Below are positions 45,951-55,366 of a stretch of DNA of 64,000 nt, in pieces. The stretch is from Candidatus Pacearchaeota archaeon (GTDB taxonomy: Archaea > Nanobdellota > Nanobdellia > Pacearchaeales > GW2011-AR1): the NCBI GenBank assembly GCA_016181885.1, contig JACOYJ010000001.1, positions 2,792-66,791 of the forward strand. Reading direction: 5' to 3'. The position numbers and the translations under genes were made by a program. The notes below the pieces were generated by a model that was not told where the DNA came from, did not search any database, and saw nothing but the letters and a program-made list of their open reading frames with translations. Position 1 is the stretch's first letter; the number at the start of each line of letters is the position of its first letter.

Positions 45951-46408
45951 CGTTAAGCCAGTTCATAACTTAACATTCTGCAGTTTAATTCCTTCATCAT
46001 TATTGTCGCAAGGTTTAATGGAAGAGTATAAAGTTGCAAGATGAAACAATTTCCCAGATAAACATTTACCTTAATTATCAAATAAAACTAAAGATTGAAT
46101 ATTGGTAAAAGCACATTAGGTTAGACGCCCTTCTCTTATCGATGATAAAATGTAATTATTAGTTTAATAAGATATTGTTCATGGATTGCATTTTTTGGGA
46201 ATATTAATGTTCTTTACTGTAACTGCTCATTACATTCACGGCGGGATGCCCCATCTTTTAAGTTTTGGGAGGAATCGCCGTCCTCAAAATTTAATTTTAT
46301 TAAGCATTTACCATCATGAAGATTATTATTATTATTATTATTATTATTAATAATAAAATGCACGATGACATGAGCGAGTAATTTTTTATGTTAAGATTGT
46401 TGGTTTAC
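45951..46408 (-). repeat. Intergenic repeat family, long copy C (about 458 bp) with an (ATT)9 microsatellite at 46322..46348
   Basis: The reverse complement starts GTAAACCAACAATCTTAACATAAAAAATTACTC... like copy B and ends ...GTTATGAACTGGCTTAACG like A and B. Its interior contains the D-matching segment. No ORF longer than about 60 aa. Confidence 0.85.
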
Positions 46409-46478
46409 TTTGTATTAAGGTAGGTGAGATAATCCAAGCGAGTTAAAATTAATGTAAAAAATCCATGAATTGGCTAAT

Positions 46479-47012
46479 TTAAGATTTCAAAGAAGATTTT
46501 TTATAGAGATATTTTAAATCTGAATAGAAAGGCATTTCTTTTATCTTGAATATTTTTACCTCTAAAAACCAGATTCCAATGACAAAAACTGTGCTAAGGC
46601 CATACCAGAAAAGCTTGTGTGTGAAATCAAACCATTGAGAGCCTGAAATATAAAGAATACTCAATAAAAAAATCCTTAGTATGTTTATTAAAATAAAAGT
46701 TAAAAATGAAAAAGAAATCATGGCTATTCTCCTCATTAATTTTATCTTTGGAAGAGCAAGATTTAAAACGAATAACAAAGAATAGGCCGAACCGGCAATG
46801 CATGGGCCAATTATTTCTATAGGAATTTTCTCGATGAAAATAACATTTCCCTGAAGATAAACATTGAAAAGAAGGCCGAGCAAAAAGTAAACTGGATAAA
46901 TTGTCAACGGGCTGAAAATAAGATAGAAAAAATAAAGTCCTGGCAGAGAAACCAAAGTTATTATCAAATACCTTGCAAAAATCCCAAGAAACATTGTTCT
47001 TTTGCCGTCCAT
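46479..47012 (-). CDS. Exosortase/archaeosortase-family protein (short form)
   Basis: 177 aa, polytopic. IEIIGPCIAGSAYSLLF (Cys71), INILRIF (Arg113) and FTHKLF (His132) correspond to the exosortase Cys/Arg/His triad in the expected order. Confidence 0.6.
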   Translation of the reverse strand: MDGKRTMFLGIFARYLIITLVSLPGLYFFYLIFSPLTIYPVYFLLGLLFNVYLQGNVIFIEKIPIEIIGPCIAGSAYSLLFVLNLALPKIKLMRRIAMISFSFLTFILINILRIFLLSILYISGSQWFDFTHKLFWYGLSTVFVIGIWFLEVKIFKIKEMPFYSDLKYLYKKSSLKS

Positions 47013-47060
47013 TATTTAAAAAGGGGAAACCTATTTAAATAATTTAACCTTTCAGCAACA

Positions 47061-47678
47061 ATGAGAAAAAGAAACATTTTGTTAACTATATTTTTTGCTT
47101 TATTGATATTGATAGCTTTTAAATTTGATAATGAAATTGTTTCTGCGGTATCTTCAATACGATTCGAATTACTTACAGATATTCTCATGGGAATTATTTT
47201 TGTAAGTTCTGAAATTGTTATTTTTATATTTTTGACAAGCTTGTTTTTATGGAAAGAGCACAAAAGAAGATGGATTCTTCCTCTATGGATAAGCCTGGCA
47301 GCGTCGGTAATTTTGAGTTTCTTGCTTAAGATAACAATTCAAAGAGCAAGACCTTATCAGCTTGGAATTGTGACGAGTATTGAGGCTTTGCAAAAAGCAG
47401 GCCATTTAATATGGGATTTTTCATTTCCAAGCTTTCAGGCAATGCTCGCTTTTTGCGCGCTGCCGATATTGGACAAGGAATTCCCAAAATTCAAATATGT
47501 CTGGCTGGCTCTCGCGAGCTTGATAGCTTTTTCAAGAGTTTATTTTGGACTGCATTTTGCCAGCGACGTTATTGCAGGAGCTTTAATTGGATATCTCATA
47601 GGAATTGGAATAGTTCACTTGGAAATTGAGAATGGATTTGGGAAAAATATTGCGAATAGGGTTTGGAAGAAGAAATAA
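47061..47678 (+). CDS. PAP2-family membrane phosphatase
   Basis: C1 motif KITIQRARP; C3 motif SRVYFGLHFASD. The C2 motif reads SFPSFQA instead of PSGH. Confidence 0.7.
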   Translation: MRKRNILLTIFFALLILIAFKFDNEIVSAVSSIRFELLTDILMGIIFVSSEIVIFIFLTSLFLWKEHKRRWILPLWISLAASVILSFLLKITIQRARPYQLGIVTSIEALQKAGHLIWDFSFPSFQAMLAFCALPILDKEFPKFKYVWLALASLIAFSRVYFGLHFASDVIAGALIGYLIGIGIVHLEIENGFGKNIANRVWKKK

Positions 47679-47679
47679 A

Positions 47680-48297
47680 ATGAAATTTACACAATTTAAA
47701 GAATCGCGACCTATTCTAATATCAAATGGCTTTTCAATTATTCTTTCGCTCTATTTAGTATTGGGGATAATTACAAGCGCCTTTCTTGGGTTTGAAATTC
47801 CTTTGCTTTCAAAAGAAGTATTGGAAAGTTTATTTGTTATACTTGGCTTTTCATTATTTTATTTATTTGTTGTAAATTCTTGGTATAGCTCTGAAGGTGG
47901 AGACTACATATCTTATGCTTTTTTAATTACTTCGATTATGCTTCCATTTTTTATAAGCATATACTCTATGATTAAATACTCTCCAATTTATCTTATTAAT
48001 TTAATACCAATATTTCTTTCTCCAGTTGTCACGGCAATAGAATATGCCACATTATTGTTTATAAAAAATAAAACTAAAGACTGTCAAAAAAGAGCAAAGG
48101 ACTTATTTTTTCCAACTAAAGTAGCACTTATAATGCTCTTATTTTACATAATTATCTGGCTTATTTTAATTTATATTTTTAAAGAGAATGTTGAATTAAT
48201 TGGAAAACATTTTTATGCGATTCCAATAATATGGTACTTATTATCTGCATACATGAATGTCAAACATTTTAAGAGATTTTTTAATAAATCAAAATAA
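47680..48297 (+). CDS. Hypothetical polytopic membrane protein
   Basis: ATG at 47680, one nt after the PAP2 stop. About six hydrophobic helices. Confidence 0.5.
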   Translation: MKFTQFKESRPILISNGFSIILSLYLVLGIITSAFLGFEIPLLSKEVLESLFVILGFSLFYLFVVNSWYSSEGGDYISYAFLITSIMLPFFISIYSMIKYSPIYLINLIPIFLSPVVTAIEYATLLFIKNKTKDCQKRAKDLFFPTKVALIMLLFYIIIWLILIYIFKENVELIGKHFYAIPIIWYLLSAYMNVKHFKRFFNKSK

Positions 48298-48325
48298 ATA
48301 AAGGTGATTAATTATCCAGTATTAT

Positions 48326-48670
48326 TCAAAGATTATCTAATGCTTTTCGATATCTCCTAACAATACTATCAAATTGTTTTTTTAGTTGATCGTCTGGTTT
48401 CTCATCCCAATAGACTAAAGGATTATCGCCATAAGGAGGAACATCGTTAGCACCACATTGCCAAGTTAAGTTAACATTTACCTCTGAATAACCTCTTTCA
48501 TGTATAACTTCTTCAACTACTACTTTTAGACCCTTAGACAAAGATATTCTCTCTCCTGCACGAATTGGATTATTAAAATTCACAATATTAGATTTAAGCG
48601 TTCTTTCATAATAATTATCTCCCCAAAGGGATTCGAAGTTTAGTACAACTTGATATCTATTTGAATTCAT
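48326..48670 (-). CDS. Hypothetical protein
   Basis: 114-aa ORF. Confidence 0.4.
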   Translation of the reverse strand: MNSNRYQVVLNFESLWGDNYYERTLKSNIVNFNNPIRAGERISLSKGLKVVVEEVIHERGYSEVNVNLTWQCGANDVPPYGDNPLVYWDEKPDDQLKKQFDSIVRRYRKALDNL

Positions 48671-48689
48671 CTTCTAAAAAAAATAAATT

Positions 48690-50507
48690 TTACTTTCTCT
48701 TGGCAACCTTCATTGCCACAGAAATGATTATTACTATTAACACCAAATTCAGCGCGGCAATGAGCCAGATGTACCAATTTCCGCCAAGCTTGAAACCGCC
48801 CTTGCTTTCGCTTATTGAAATAGAAACTGGCTGAACTGCAACCAATTCGTTTTCTGAAACAACTTCAAGGTCAAAGGTGTTGTCTCCCGATGCATCTTTA
48901 TTAACGTTAAAAGTTAAAAGCACGCTTGCGGATTTCCCTGCGTCAAGAGTCAATGATTCTGGAACAGCCTTCGCTGATTCTGCCCAGGATGAATAGCCTG
49001 CTGCATTCAGCAAGAATTTGGCTGATTTGCTCCCAGAGTTTGTTAAAATAGCTTTTATAACCAACGGCTTTCCTGCCTCTCCTCCAGATTCAACTTCTGC
49101 AGAAACAAGAACACTGCCTTCACTATCTCCTCCTGTTTGAGAGCCTCCTCCAGAACAGGAAACCTGAACAGCCTTTGTAAATTTGGCATCCTGGTCATCG
49201 TAATCATTTTGGTATATATCATCATCTTCGTCGTAAACTTCAAATGTTAAAAGATAAGACTGCGATTTTGCATTTGATGGAATTGTGAGTGTTTCCTCCA
49301 AGGCTTCGCTTTCAAATGAATCTATATCACCAACCTCAACAAGCTTGTTTATTCCCAAATCTTTATTGAATATTTTAACACTAACGCTGTCTTGGTTTCT
49401 CGAGCCAATATTCCAAACATCTGCGCTAACCTGCAGGCTGCACGAAGCGCTTTCCGGAACTTCAATATCTTTTACTATTACAAAATCTTTCTCCAAAACA
49501 AATTCCATGGTGTCTGAATCAGCATCGCATGTTGGATCATCGTCAGCGTTGTCAACCTCGCCTGTTGCCCTTACATAAAGAACATAGTGGCTGCCATCAT
49601 CTAAATCCTCCAAATCAATGTCCATGTCCTCGTCGATTGTGAATGAAAAAGTAACTGTTTCATCATCATCTTTATCTATATCGTAATCATCTTCCTTGTC
49701 CACTTCAATAACCCATTCATCAGCTTCATTATCATATAATCCCCACTCTAAATCTATATCTCGAACATCGTCATTTCCGTTGTTTTCTATGCTTACCTCA
49801 ACTTCAACTTTATCGAAAGGAAGAAATTCATTATCATCTCCGAATCCCGTAACTGAAATATCTTCTATTGTAACATCAAGGTTTCCTGGATTATTCGCTT
49901 CGCCGTCGTCAAAAACGCAGAAATTATTTTCCCAATTTACTACTGGCGGAGCTGTCAAGGAAGTTCCTTCAACTGCGAGATTATCGACTCTCCATGTTCC
50001 AACTGTTGATGAAGCATTCTGCGTTGAGAAAATTCTGAATTTAGCATTTGAAATATTATTTAATCCTGTGACAGATGAAAAGCCGAAAGTATGAGCTAAG
50101 AAAGAAGCAGAAGTATTTGTTGTGCTTGAGGCTAAATCGGTGAAATTTGTTCCATCAGCACTATATTGCATTTTGAATTCTGTGGGGCCTGTTGAAGATT
50201 TCATCTCGTCAAACCTCAAAACCAAGTCCTTATATCCAAGAGTGTTAATGGTTACTTCGAAATAATCTCCCGCATCCCAATTATCATAATGCAAAGCATT
50301 TCCAGTTGAAGGATTGCCGGCAGTGAAGTTTTGGGTACCATCAGCATTGTTTACACTTAAAACCGCACTTGAAGTAATATCTGTAGACGGAACCAAGTTT
50401 TCTGCTTCAAAATTCCAATTTGCCAAGGTTGTTGCGCTCGCCAATCCTGCCAAGAAAACCAATACAAAAAGCCCTGCGAAAACCAACAATGATTTTTTTC
50501 TGTTCAT
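48690..50507 (-). CDS. Acidic cell-surface protein with a C-terminal TM anchor
   Basis: Signal peptide MNRKKSLLVFAGLFVLVFLAGLASA (internal ATG at 50507). Asp/Glu-rich repeats. C-terminus GGNWYIWLIAALNLVLIVIIISVAMKVAKRK. Confidence 0.65.
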   Translation of the reverse strand: MNRKKSLLVFAGLFVLVFLAGLASATTLANWNFEAENLVPSTDITSSAVLSVNNADGTQNFTAGNPSTGNALHYDNWDAGDYFEVTINTLGYKDLVLRFDEMKSSTGPTEFKMQYSADGTNFTDLASSTTNTSASFLAHTFGFSSVTGLNNISNAKFRIFSTQNASSTVGTWRVDNLAVEGTSLTAPPVVNWENNFCVFDDGEANNPGNLDVTIEDISVTGFGDDNEFLPFDKVEVEVSIENNGNDDVRDIDLEWGLYDNEADEWVIEVDKEDDYDIDKDDDETVTFSFTIDEDMDIDLEDLDDGSHYVLYVRATGEVDNADDDPTCDADSDTMEFVLEKDFVIVKDIEVPESASCSLQVSADVWNIGSRNQDSVSVKIFNKDLGINKLVEVGDIDSFESEALEETLTIPSNAKSQSYLLTFEVYDEDDDIYQNDYDDQDAKFTKAVQVSCSGGGSQTGGDSEGSVLVSAEVESGGEAGKPLVIKAILTNSGSKSAKFLLNAAGYSSWAESAKAVPESLTLDAGKSASVLLTFNVNKDASGDNTFDLEVVSENELVAVQPVSISISESKGGFKLGGNWYIWLIAALNLVLIVIIISVAMKVAKRK

Positions 50508-50622
50508 TTTTGTAATCATTCGAGAGTTACTAAGGTTTATAAGCTTTTCTATGTTAAAAAATATAATTCTTGACATTGTTGTTCAAAAGATTTATATATT
50601 TGAAAGTTTTTTACCTAACATA

Positions 50623-51015
50623 ATGACGATAAAATCCCAAGAAAATTCTTTCGGCGCGTGGGCGTTTCTTATTGGAGTAATACTTGCAGTAGTAATAGGG
50701 GTAAGCGCTTCCTCGCTCCTTTCATTAGACAGCGTCAGGGCATACAGCGCGCAGATATATGCTATTTTAGTGGTGATAGGAATAATTGTCGGATTCTCAA
50801 TAAAAGTTTCGGGCAGAGACGCGCAGAGTTTTCTTATTGCCGGAACTATTTTAGTTATAGTAAGCAGTTTTGGAAAAGACAGCGTTACTGGTTCATTAAT
50901 AGGAATAGGCTTGGGGGATACTGTTACATCGACTTTCTCTGCATTGCTTGCATTGTTCGTTCCTGCAACAATAATTGTGGCGATGAAGACTGTGTTTTCG
51001 CTGACGGAGATTTAA
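50623..51015 (+). CDS. Hypothetical membrane protein (130 aa)
   Basis: Internal ATG at 50623. The longer track ORF from 50314 overlaps the minus-strand gene. Four hydrophobic helices. Confidence 0.5.
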   Translation: MTIKSQENSFGAWAFLIGVILAVVIGVSASSLLSLDSVRAYSAQIYAILVVIGIIVGFSIKVSGRDAQSFLIAGTILVIVSSFGKDSVTGSLIGIGLGDTVTSTFSALLALFVPATIIVAMKTVFSLTEI

Positions 51016-51439
51016 AGTTCTGTTAAGCCAACTAACAATGAGTTGGCAAATTTTGCTTTTATAATATATGAACATTAAATAATTTAATTTTTATTAAATG
51101 GCTCTTCACACTATCTAATAATATATAAGATATCTTTGATTAATCATTATTTTAATGGCATCTTGTCAAGTTATCTTTATCTCTTGAATTACTTATTCAA
51201 ATTATTATATGGACAACCGCTTATTAAAAATTTTCATAAATTATCAGCGGAAAAAGGAGAGCTGGAAAAACCACAAAACAAATTTTTACATTAATAATAT
51301 AAAATTGAAAAAAGCAAGTAACTTTGAAGGTATAATATCCTATTATAACTAACTCGTTAAGAGTAATTCTAGATTCATGCTTGAACTCAACGTCTTGTTT
51401 AATAAAAATGTTAAATAAAATCAAGAGAAATCTTTCAAT

Positions 51440-52465
51440 CTAAGGACTTGGGTTTCTTCCCTTCAATTGCCCGAACAAAGGATTGTCTGTCCCAATAATC
51501 ATCTTGGTATCAGCATTAACAGAATTTCTGTAAAGTTCAAGTCTTCTCGTAAAACCGTAGAAATCCGGGTCTCTATCAAAAACAGATTTTATCCTTGTAA
51601 CTCGGCCATCTGCAGTTCCTTTAATCTCTTGCGCTGTTCTGTATGCTGCAGAATTTATGCTATCAACAATTCTATTTTTATCTCCAGTTATGCTTGCATA
51701 AGCCCCTTCTCCTTCAGAAATGTACTTTTTAGCAATTCTCAATCTCTCTGAAATCATTCTTTGCTCTACTGCTGTTTTAACTTCCGGAACATATGTCAAT
51801 CCTTTTAACAACACTCCTTCTCTATGGATTCCAATTCCATATTGCCTGCAAACATCTATTGCCTTATCAGTTATGTCTTTTACTATTTTTTGCCTGCCTT
51901 CATTGACAATTCCCATATTTGTAGTCTCTCTTAACTCTTCTTCAGCAACTTGCATTGTCCGATTATCTGTTCTAACTACCTCTATCAAATCCCTTCTTGT
52001 TATTTCGGTCCTAACCATATTGTCTAAGTTATCGTCAAGCCTAGCATGAGCCTGTTCTTCTGTTGCAGTTGTTCTCAAAAATAACAATGGGTCTTCAATA
52101 TACCATCTTGCTGTCGCATCTACCCATATATATCTTTTGTCTTTTGTTGGAACTTGCTCTGGGAAACCATTCCATCTTAATAACCTTCTATCATAATTTA
52201 TTACTCCCTGAATAAATGGAACCTTAAATCTCAGCCCCGCTCCCTTTGAAATAGAAACCCCCTCGGAAGCATACTTCTCTGTTAATCTTTCAACCAACCC
52301 GCTATCTGCGCCGTCAGGTGGATTAACAATAACTTTTACTGGTTTTCCTCCAAATTGACGAACAACTGCTTGTTCATTTTGATCTACAATATACGCTGAA
52401 TTTATTGCTGCGACTGCCGCAAGCCCAAGAAATCCTTTCTTTACTATACTTCCAACTAATCCCAT
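51440..52465 (-). CDS. hflC: SPFH/band-7 protein, HflC-like
   Basis: N-terminal TM segment, SPFH core, C-terminal ...RIAKKYISEGEGAYASITGDKNR.... Immediately downstream of the HflK-like gene. The ATG at 52465 removes the overlap. Confidence 0.75.
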   Translation of the reverse strand: MGLVGSIVKKGFLGLAAVAAINSAYIVDQNEQAVVRQFGGKPVKVIVNPPDGADSGLVERLTEKYASEGVSISKGAGLRFKVPFIQGVINYDRRLLRWNGFPEQVPTKDKRYIWVDATARWYIEDPLLFLRTTATEEQAHARLDDNLDNMVRTEITRRDLIEVVRTDNRTMQVAEEELRETTNMGIVNEGRQKIVKDITDKAIDVCRQYGIGIHREGVLLKGLTYVPEVKTAVEQRMISERLRIAKKYISEGEGAYASITGDKNRIVDSINSAAYRTAQEIKGTADGRVTRIKSVFDRDPDFYGFTRRLELYRNSVNADTKMIIGTDNPLFGQLKGRNPSP

Positions 52466-52466
52466 T

Positions 52467-53558
52467 TTATTTTTTTGGTCCTTCCATCCCAAGAACATTT
52501 AAAAGTCCACCGCCTTCAAGACCTTTATCGTCAATTATAATTACCTCTCCTGCATTAGGAATAACCTCTTCCATTGCCTCAAGATAAAGTCTTTGTCTGG
52601 TAATTGCTGGGGCATTTCTATATTCTGTCCATTGTTTCATAAATCTTGCAGAATCTCCTTGAGCTTCATTAACAGACCTTATAGCATAACCTTCAGCTTC
52701 TTTTACAACTTGTTCAGCTTCTCCTCTCGTCTTTGGAACAAATTCATTATACACTTTCATCGCATCATTAATTTTTTTCTCTTTATCTTGCTGGGCTTTA
52801 TTAACTTCATTAAAAGCATCTCTTACAGCACGAGGAGGATTTGTTGATTGGAATCTCACTGTAACAATCTGCATCCCAGTGCCGTAACTATTCATAAGCT
52901 CTTGCATCTCTTCTTTCGCGAGAATCTCGTTATCAACTCTTCCAATATTTATGGCTTCATCAACGCTGCTATTCCCCATTATTCTCTTCATTGTTGCGAG
53001 GCTTGCATCTCTTAATGTCTGCACTGGGTCATTTACATTAAACAAGTATGCTCTAGGGTCTCTTATTTGATACTGAACAATCCATTCCACATCTGCCATA
53101 TTCAAATCTCCGGTTAACATTAAGTATTCACTTCGGAAAATGCTTAATACCTGCTCAGTCAGATTTTGGGAAATAGTTCTTACTCCAGAATTTCTAACAA
53201 AATTTTCCAAATCACTGCCACTTGCATCTCCAGAAATAATTTCACTCTCCCCTAAATACTTTGAATCAATGCCTGGCTTAAGTGTTCTAAATCCAAATGC
53301 CTCCGTGTAAACTTTTGTTACCGGAACCTTTGTCACGCTTTCTACAAAAAGAGGAATTTTTGCGTGCGGACCTTCACCTGTAGTTTCTGAATATGCCCCC
53401 AATCTTTTAACAACTCCTCGAGAACCCGTTGGAACAACATACCAAGAGGACCATGCAATGTTTGCGGCAACTAATCCAGCAAGCCCCCATTTTATATTGC
53501 TTTTTACACTATTCCAAGCATTCTTCACATAGTCAAAAGTAAGATCACTAGATGCCAT
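52467..53558 (-). CDS. hflK: SPFH/band-7 protein, HflK-like
   Basis: ...GSRGVVKRLGAY..., QYQIRDPRAYLFNV, NPPRAVRDAFNEV, ITRQRLYLEAMEEV closely follow the HflK pattern (ITRERLYIETME). Confidence 0.82.
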   Translation of the reverse strand: MASSDLTFDYVKNAWNSVKSNIKWGLAGLVAANIAWSSWYVVPTGSRGVVKRLGAYSETTGEGPHAKIPLFVESVTKVPVTKVYTEAFGFRTLKPGIDSKYLGESEIISGDASGSDLENFVRNSGVRTISQNLTEQVLSIFRSEYLMLTGDLNMADVEWIVQYQIRDPRAYLFNVNDPVQTLRDASLATMKRIMGNSSVDEAINIGRVDNEILAKEEMQELMNSYGTGMQIVTVRFQSTNPPRAVRDAFNEVNKAQQDKEKKINDAMKVYNEFVPKTRGEAEQVVKEAEGYAIRSVNEAQGDSARFMKQWTEYRNAPAITRQRLYLEAMEEVIPNAGEVIIIDDKGLEGGGLLNVLGMEGPKK

Positions 53559-53626
53559 AAAAGATTTTATTTTAAAACCATTTTTAAATATAACTATGAT
53601 AGAGAATATAAATTATTTTTCAGTAC

Positions 53627-54250
53627 TCACTTGAAGTGATTTTCTATTTCTGTTAGATTAATCAGGCTTCTGTCAAAATCCATCCTCGGGCAGGCGGTAT
53701 TTATCCAGCAATCCAGTCCAAAATTCTCAAACTCTTTTAATTCAACGTTATTAGATAAAAAGAAATATGTTTTCTTTTCTGTTTTTTTGCTGACTTCCAA
53801 AGCGCGCCTCAATCTTTCCTGCCCCGGCTTGTTAGAAATTATAACGCCGATTTTTTCTGAATGCAAAAATTTTAATAGATGAACTTTATGCCTTTCTTCC
53901 AGTTTTTTTGTTTCTTCTTCTGTTATTCTCTCCATTTTATTTTCTGTTAAAATATAAACTGGAATTTTTGTTTCAAAAGCTAATCCTATTGCGTGGAATT
54001 TTCCAGAGCCAACAAGAAGAATTGCTTCTGTGTTTTTTGGGAAATTCGGCTTCGAACATCCTAAAACCTGCGTGAAGTAAGTGATAATATGGCTTTCAGA
54101 AAGCTTTTCTTTTATCTGCCCGGCAATCTCCTGAAACTGAACAGAATACGCGACTGCCAGATTTTTTGGAAGCGATTTTGAAATTGCGGATATTTTGCTG
54201 CCGCTAATTTTTCTTCTAGAAACTGCCGGAATAAAAATTCTCTTAATCAT
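53627..54250 (-). CDS. Dph2-like diphthamide-synthesis protein lacking the first domain
   Basis: 207 aa. QVLGCSKP, LLVGSGKFHAIGLA, IGVIISNKPGQ and INTACPRMDFD align with domains 2-3 of archaeal Dph2 (about 340 aa). The ORF begins at the equivalent of about residue 93. Confidence 0.6.
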   Translation of the reverse strand: MIKRIFIPAVSRRKISGSKISAISKSLPKNLAVAYSVQFQEIAGQIKEKLSESHIITYFTQVLGCSKPNFPKNTEAILLVGSGKFHAIGLAFETKIPVYILTENKMERITEEETKKLEERHKVHLLKFLHSEKIGVIISNKPGQERLRRALEVSKKTEKKTYFFLSNNVELKEFENFGLDCWINTACPRMDFDRSLINLTEIENHFK

Positions 54251-54280
54251 ATAAAAACTCAGAAAAATGGGCTTTTAAAC

Positions 54281-55108
54281 TTAATGCTCTCCTCTTTCAA
54301 GCTTCTTCAGCTCTTCCTGCTCTTTATCAATCCTCTTTCTCATCTCAGTAATTCTATCTTGATTCTTCATCCTTCTTATTTCTCTTTGGGCTTCTTCCAC
54401 TTTTCTTTCAGCCTCTGCCAGCGCTTTAGAATAATTAGCTGCTTTTTCTTTTTCTCCTGCTGGGTCGCTTAATTTCTTGACTCTAAAATCTCCGGGGCCT
54501 TTCCAGGAATTTTTCTTCTTTATTTTAAAAATAACGAATGCTATTATTATAACCAAAACTGCTCCGCCCAATATATAATACAATTTATTGCCTGAAAAAA
54601 CTCCGACATCATCTGAAGTTGCCAGCCCGGTTAACCCGGAACCTTGAGATTCGGTCTCTTCTTCAGTAATTGATTCGTTAACAGTAGTGTCATTTTGCTG
54701 CTCTTCAGTTTCATTTTGAACAGTCTCGTTTGCGGTTGTGTTAGAGGCTAATTCTATTCCTTTTACAATTTCTTGCTTGTCAGTGTATAGTTTCAACAAT
54801 ACATTTTCTCCAGGCGTATTTTCATTAAACCTATAACGAACCAAAACTTCGGTTCCGTCTTTTACAAATGCGTTTATGTCGAAAGTTCTCTCGGTTGTTG
54901 AGAACTTGACCTCGGCCTTTCCTAAAGCATCAGAATTTACTCTTGCAGTATAGAGATTTTCCAACGGCGAGGGCTTCAGGAAATTAATCTCCAATTTTTT
55001 ATTTGGATAGGTTTCAATTTGAACAATTGTGTCAACGGCTGAAATAAAATTGGGCACGATGAAAAATAAGAAAAATAACACGAGCAAAAATAAACCCTTT
55101 TTTTCCAT
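54281..55108 (-). CDS. Type-I membrane protein with a charged coiled-coil cytoplasmic tail
   Basis: Signal peptide MEKKGLFLLVLFFLFFIVPNFISA (ATG at 55108); TM segment YYILGGAVLVIIIAFVIF; tail rich in E/K/R. Confidence 0.55.
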   Translation of the reverse strand: MEKKGLFLLVLFFLFFIVPNFISAVDTIVQIETYPNKKLEINFLKPSPLENLYTARVNSDALGKAEVKFSTTERTFDINAFVKDGTEVLVRYRFNENTPGENVLLKLYTDKQEIVKGIELASNTTANETVQNETEEQQNDTTVNESITEEETESQGSGLTGLATSDDVGVFSGNKLYYILGGAVLVIIIAFVIFKIKKKNSWKGPGDFRVKKLSDPAGEKEKAANYSKALAEAERKVEEAQREIRRMKNQDRITEMRKRIDKEQEELKKLERGEH

Positions 55109-55366
55109 CAATAAAACAGAATTTAATAATTTATAAACTTTTTTGCATAGCGGAAGATATATGCTTTTGGACATTGAAACAAAATTTTAAAATAGATTAA
55201 GGATATTAGTTCAGTTAATTAATAAGATGAATACTTTTAATTGATAAAGCCGATATATCGATTTCTTATATTTTTATGTGCTTTAGCTTCTTCTAACGTC
55301 GATAGTATCAAAATAATAGTCCATCAATTCAAAAAATAGCCGGCTTGATTTGGGCAATAAAAAATC

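Noticed and set aside
46322-46348. (ATT)9 run and surrounding repeats, considered as a possible CRISPR-like or tandem array
   Set aside because: It is a simple trinucleotide microsatellite inside repeat copy C. There is no repeat-spacer periodicity anywhere in the window and no cas genes.
50314-50622. N-terminal extension of the 50314..51015 ORF, and the overlapping 50658..51026 ORF
   Set aside because: The extension overlaps the 5' end of the 628-aa minus-strand gene and its signal peptide. An internal ATG at 50623 gives a compact four-helix membrane protein. The 122-aa alternative frame is Arg/Cys-rich nonsense.
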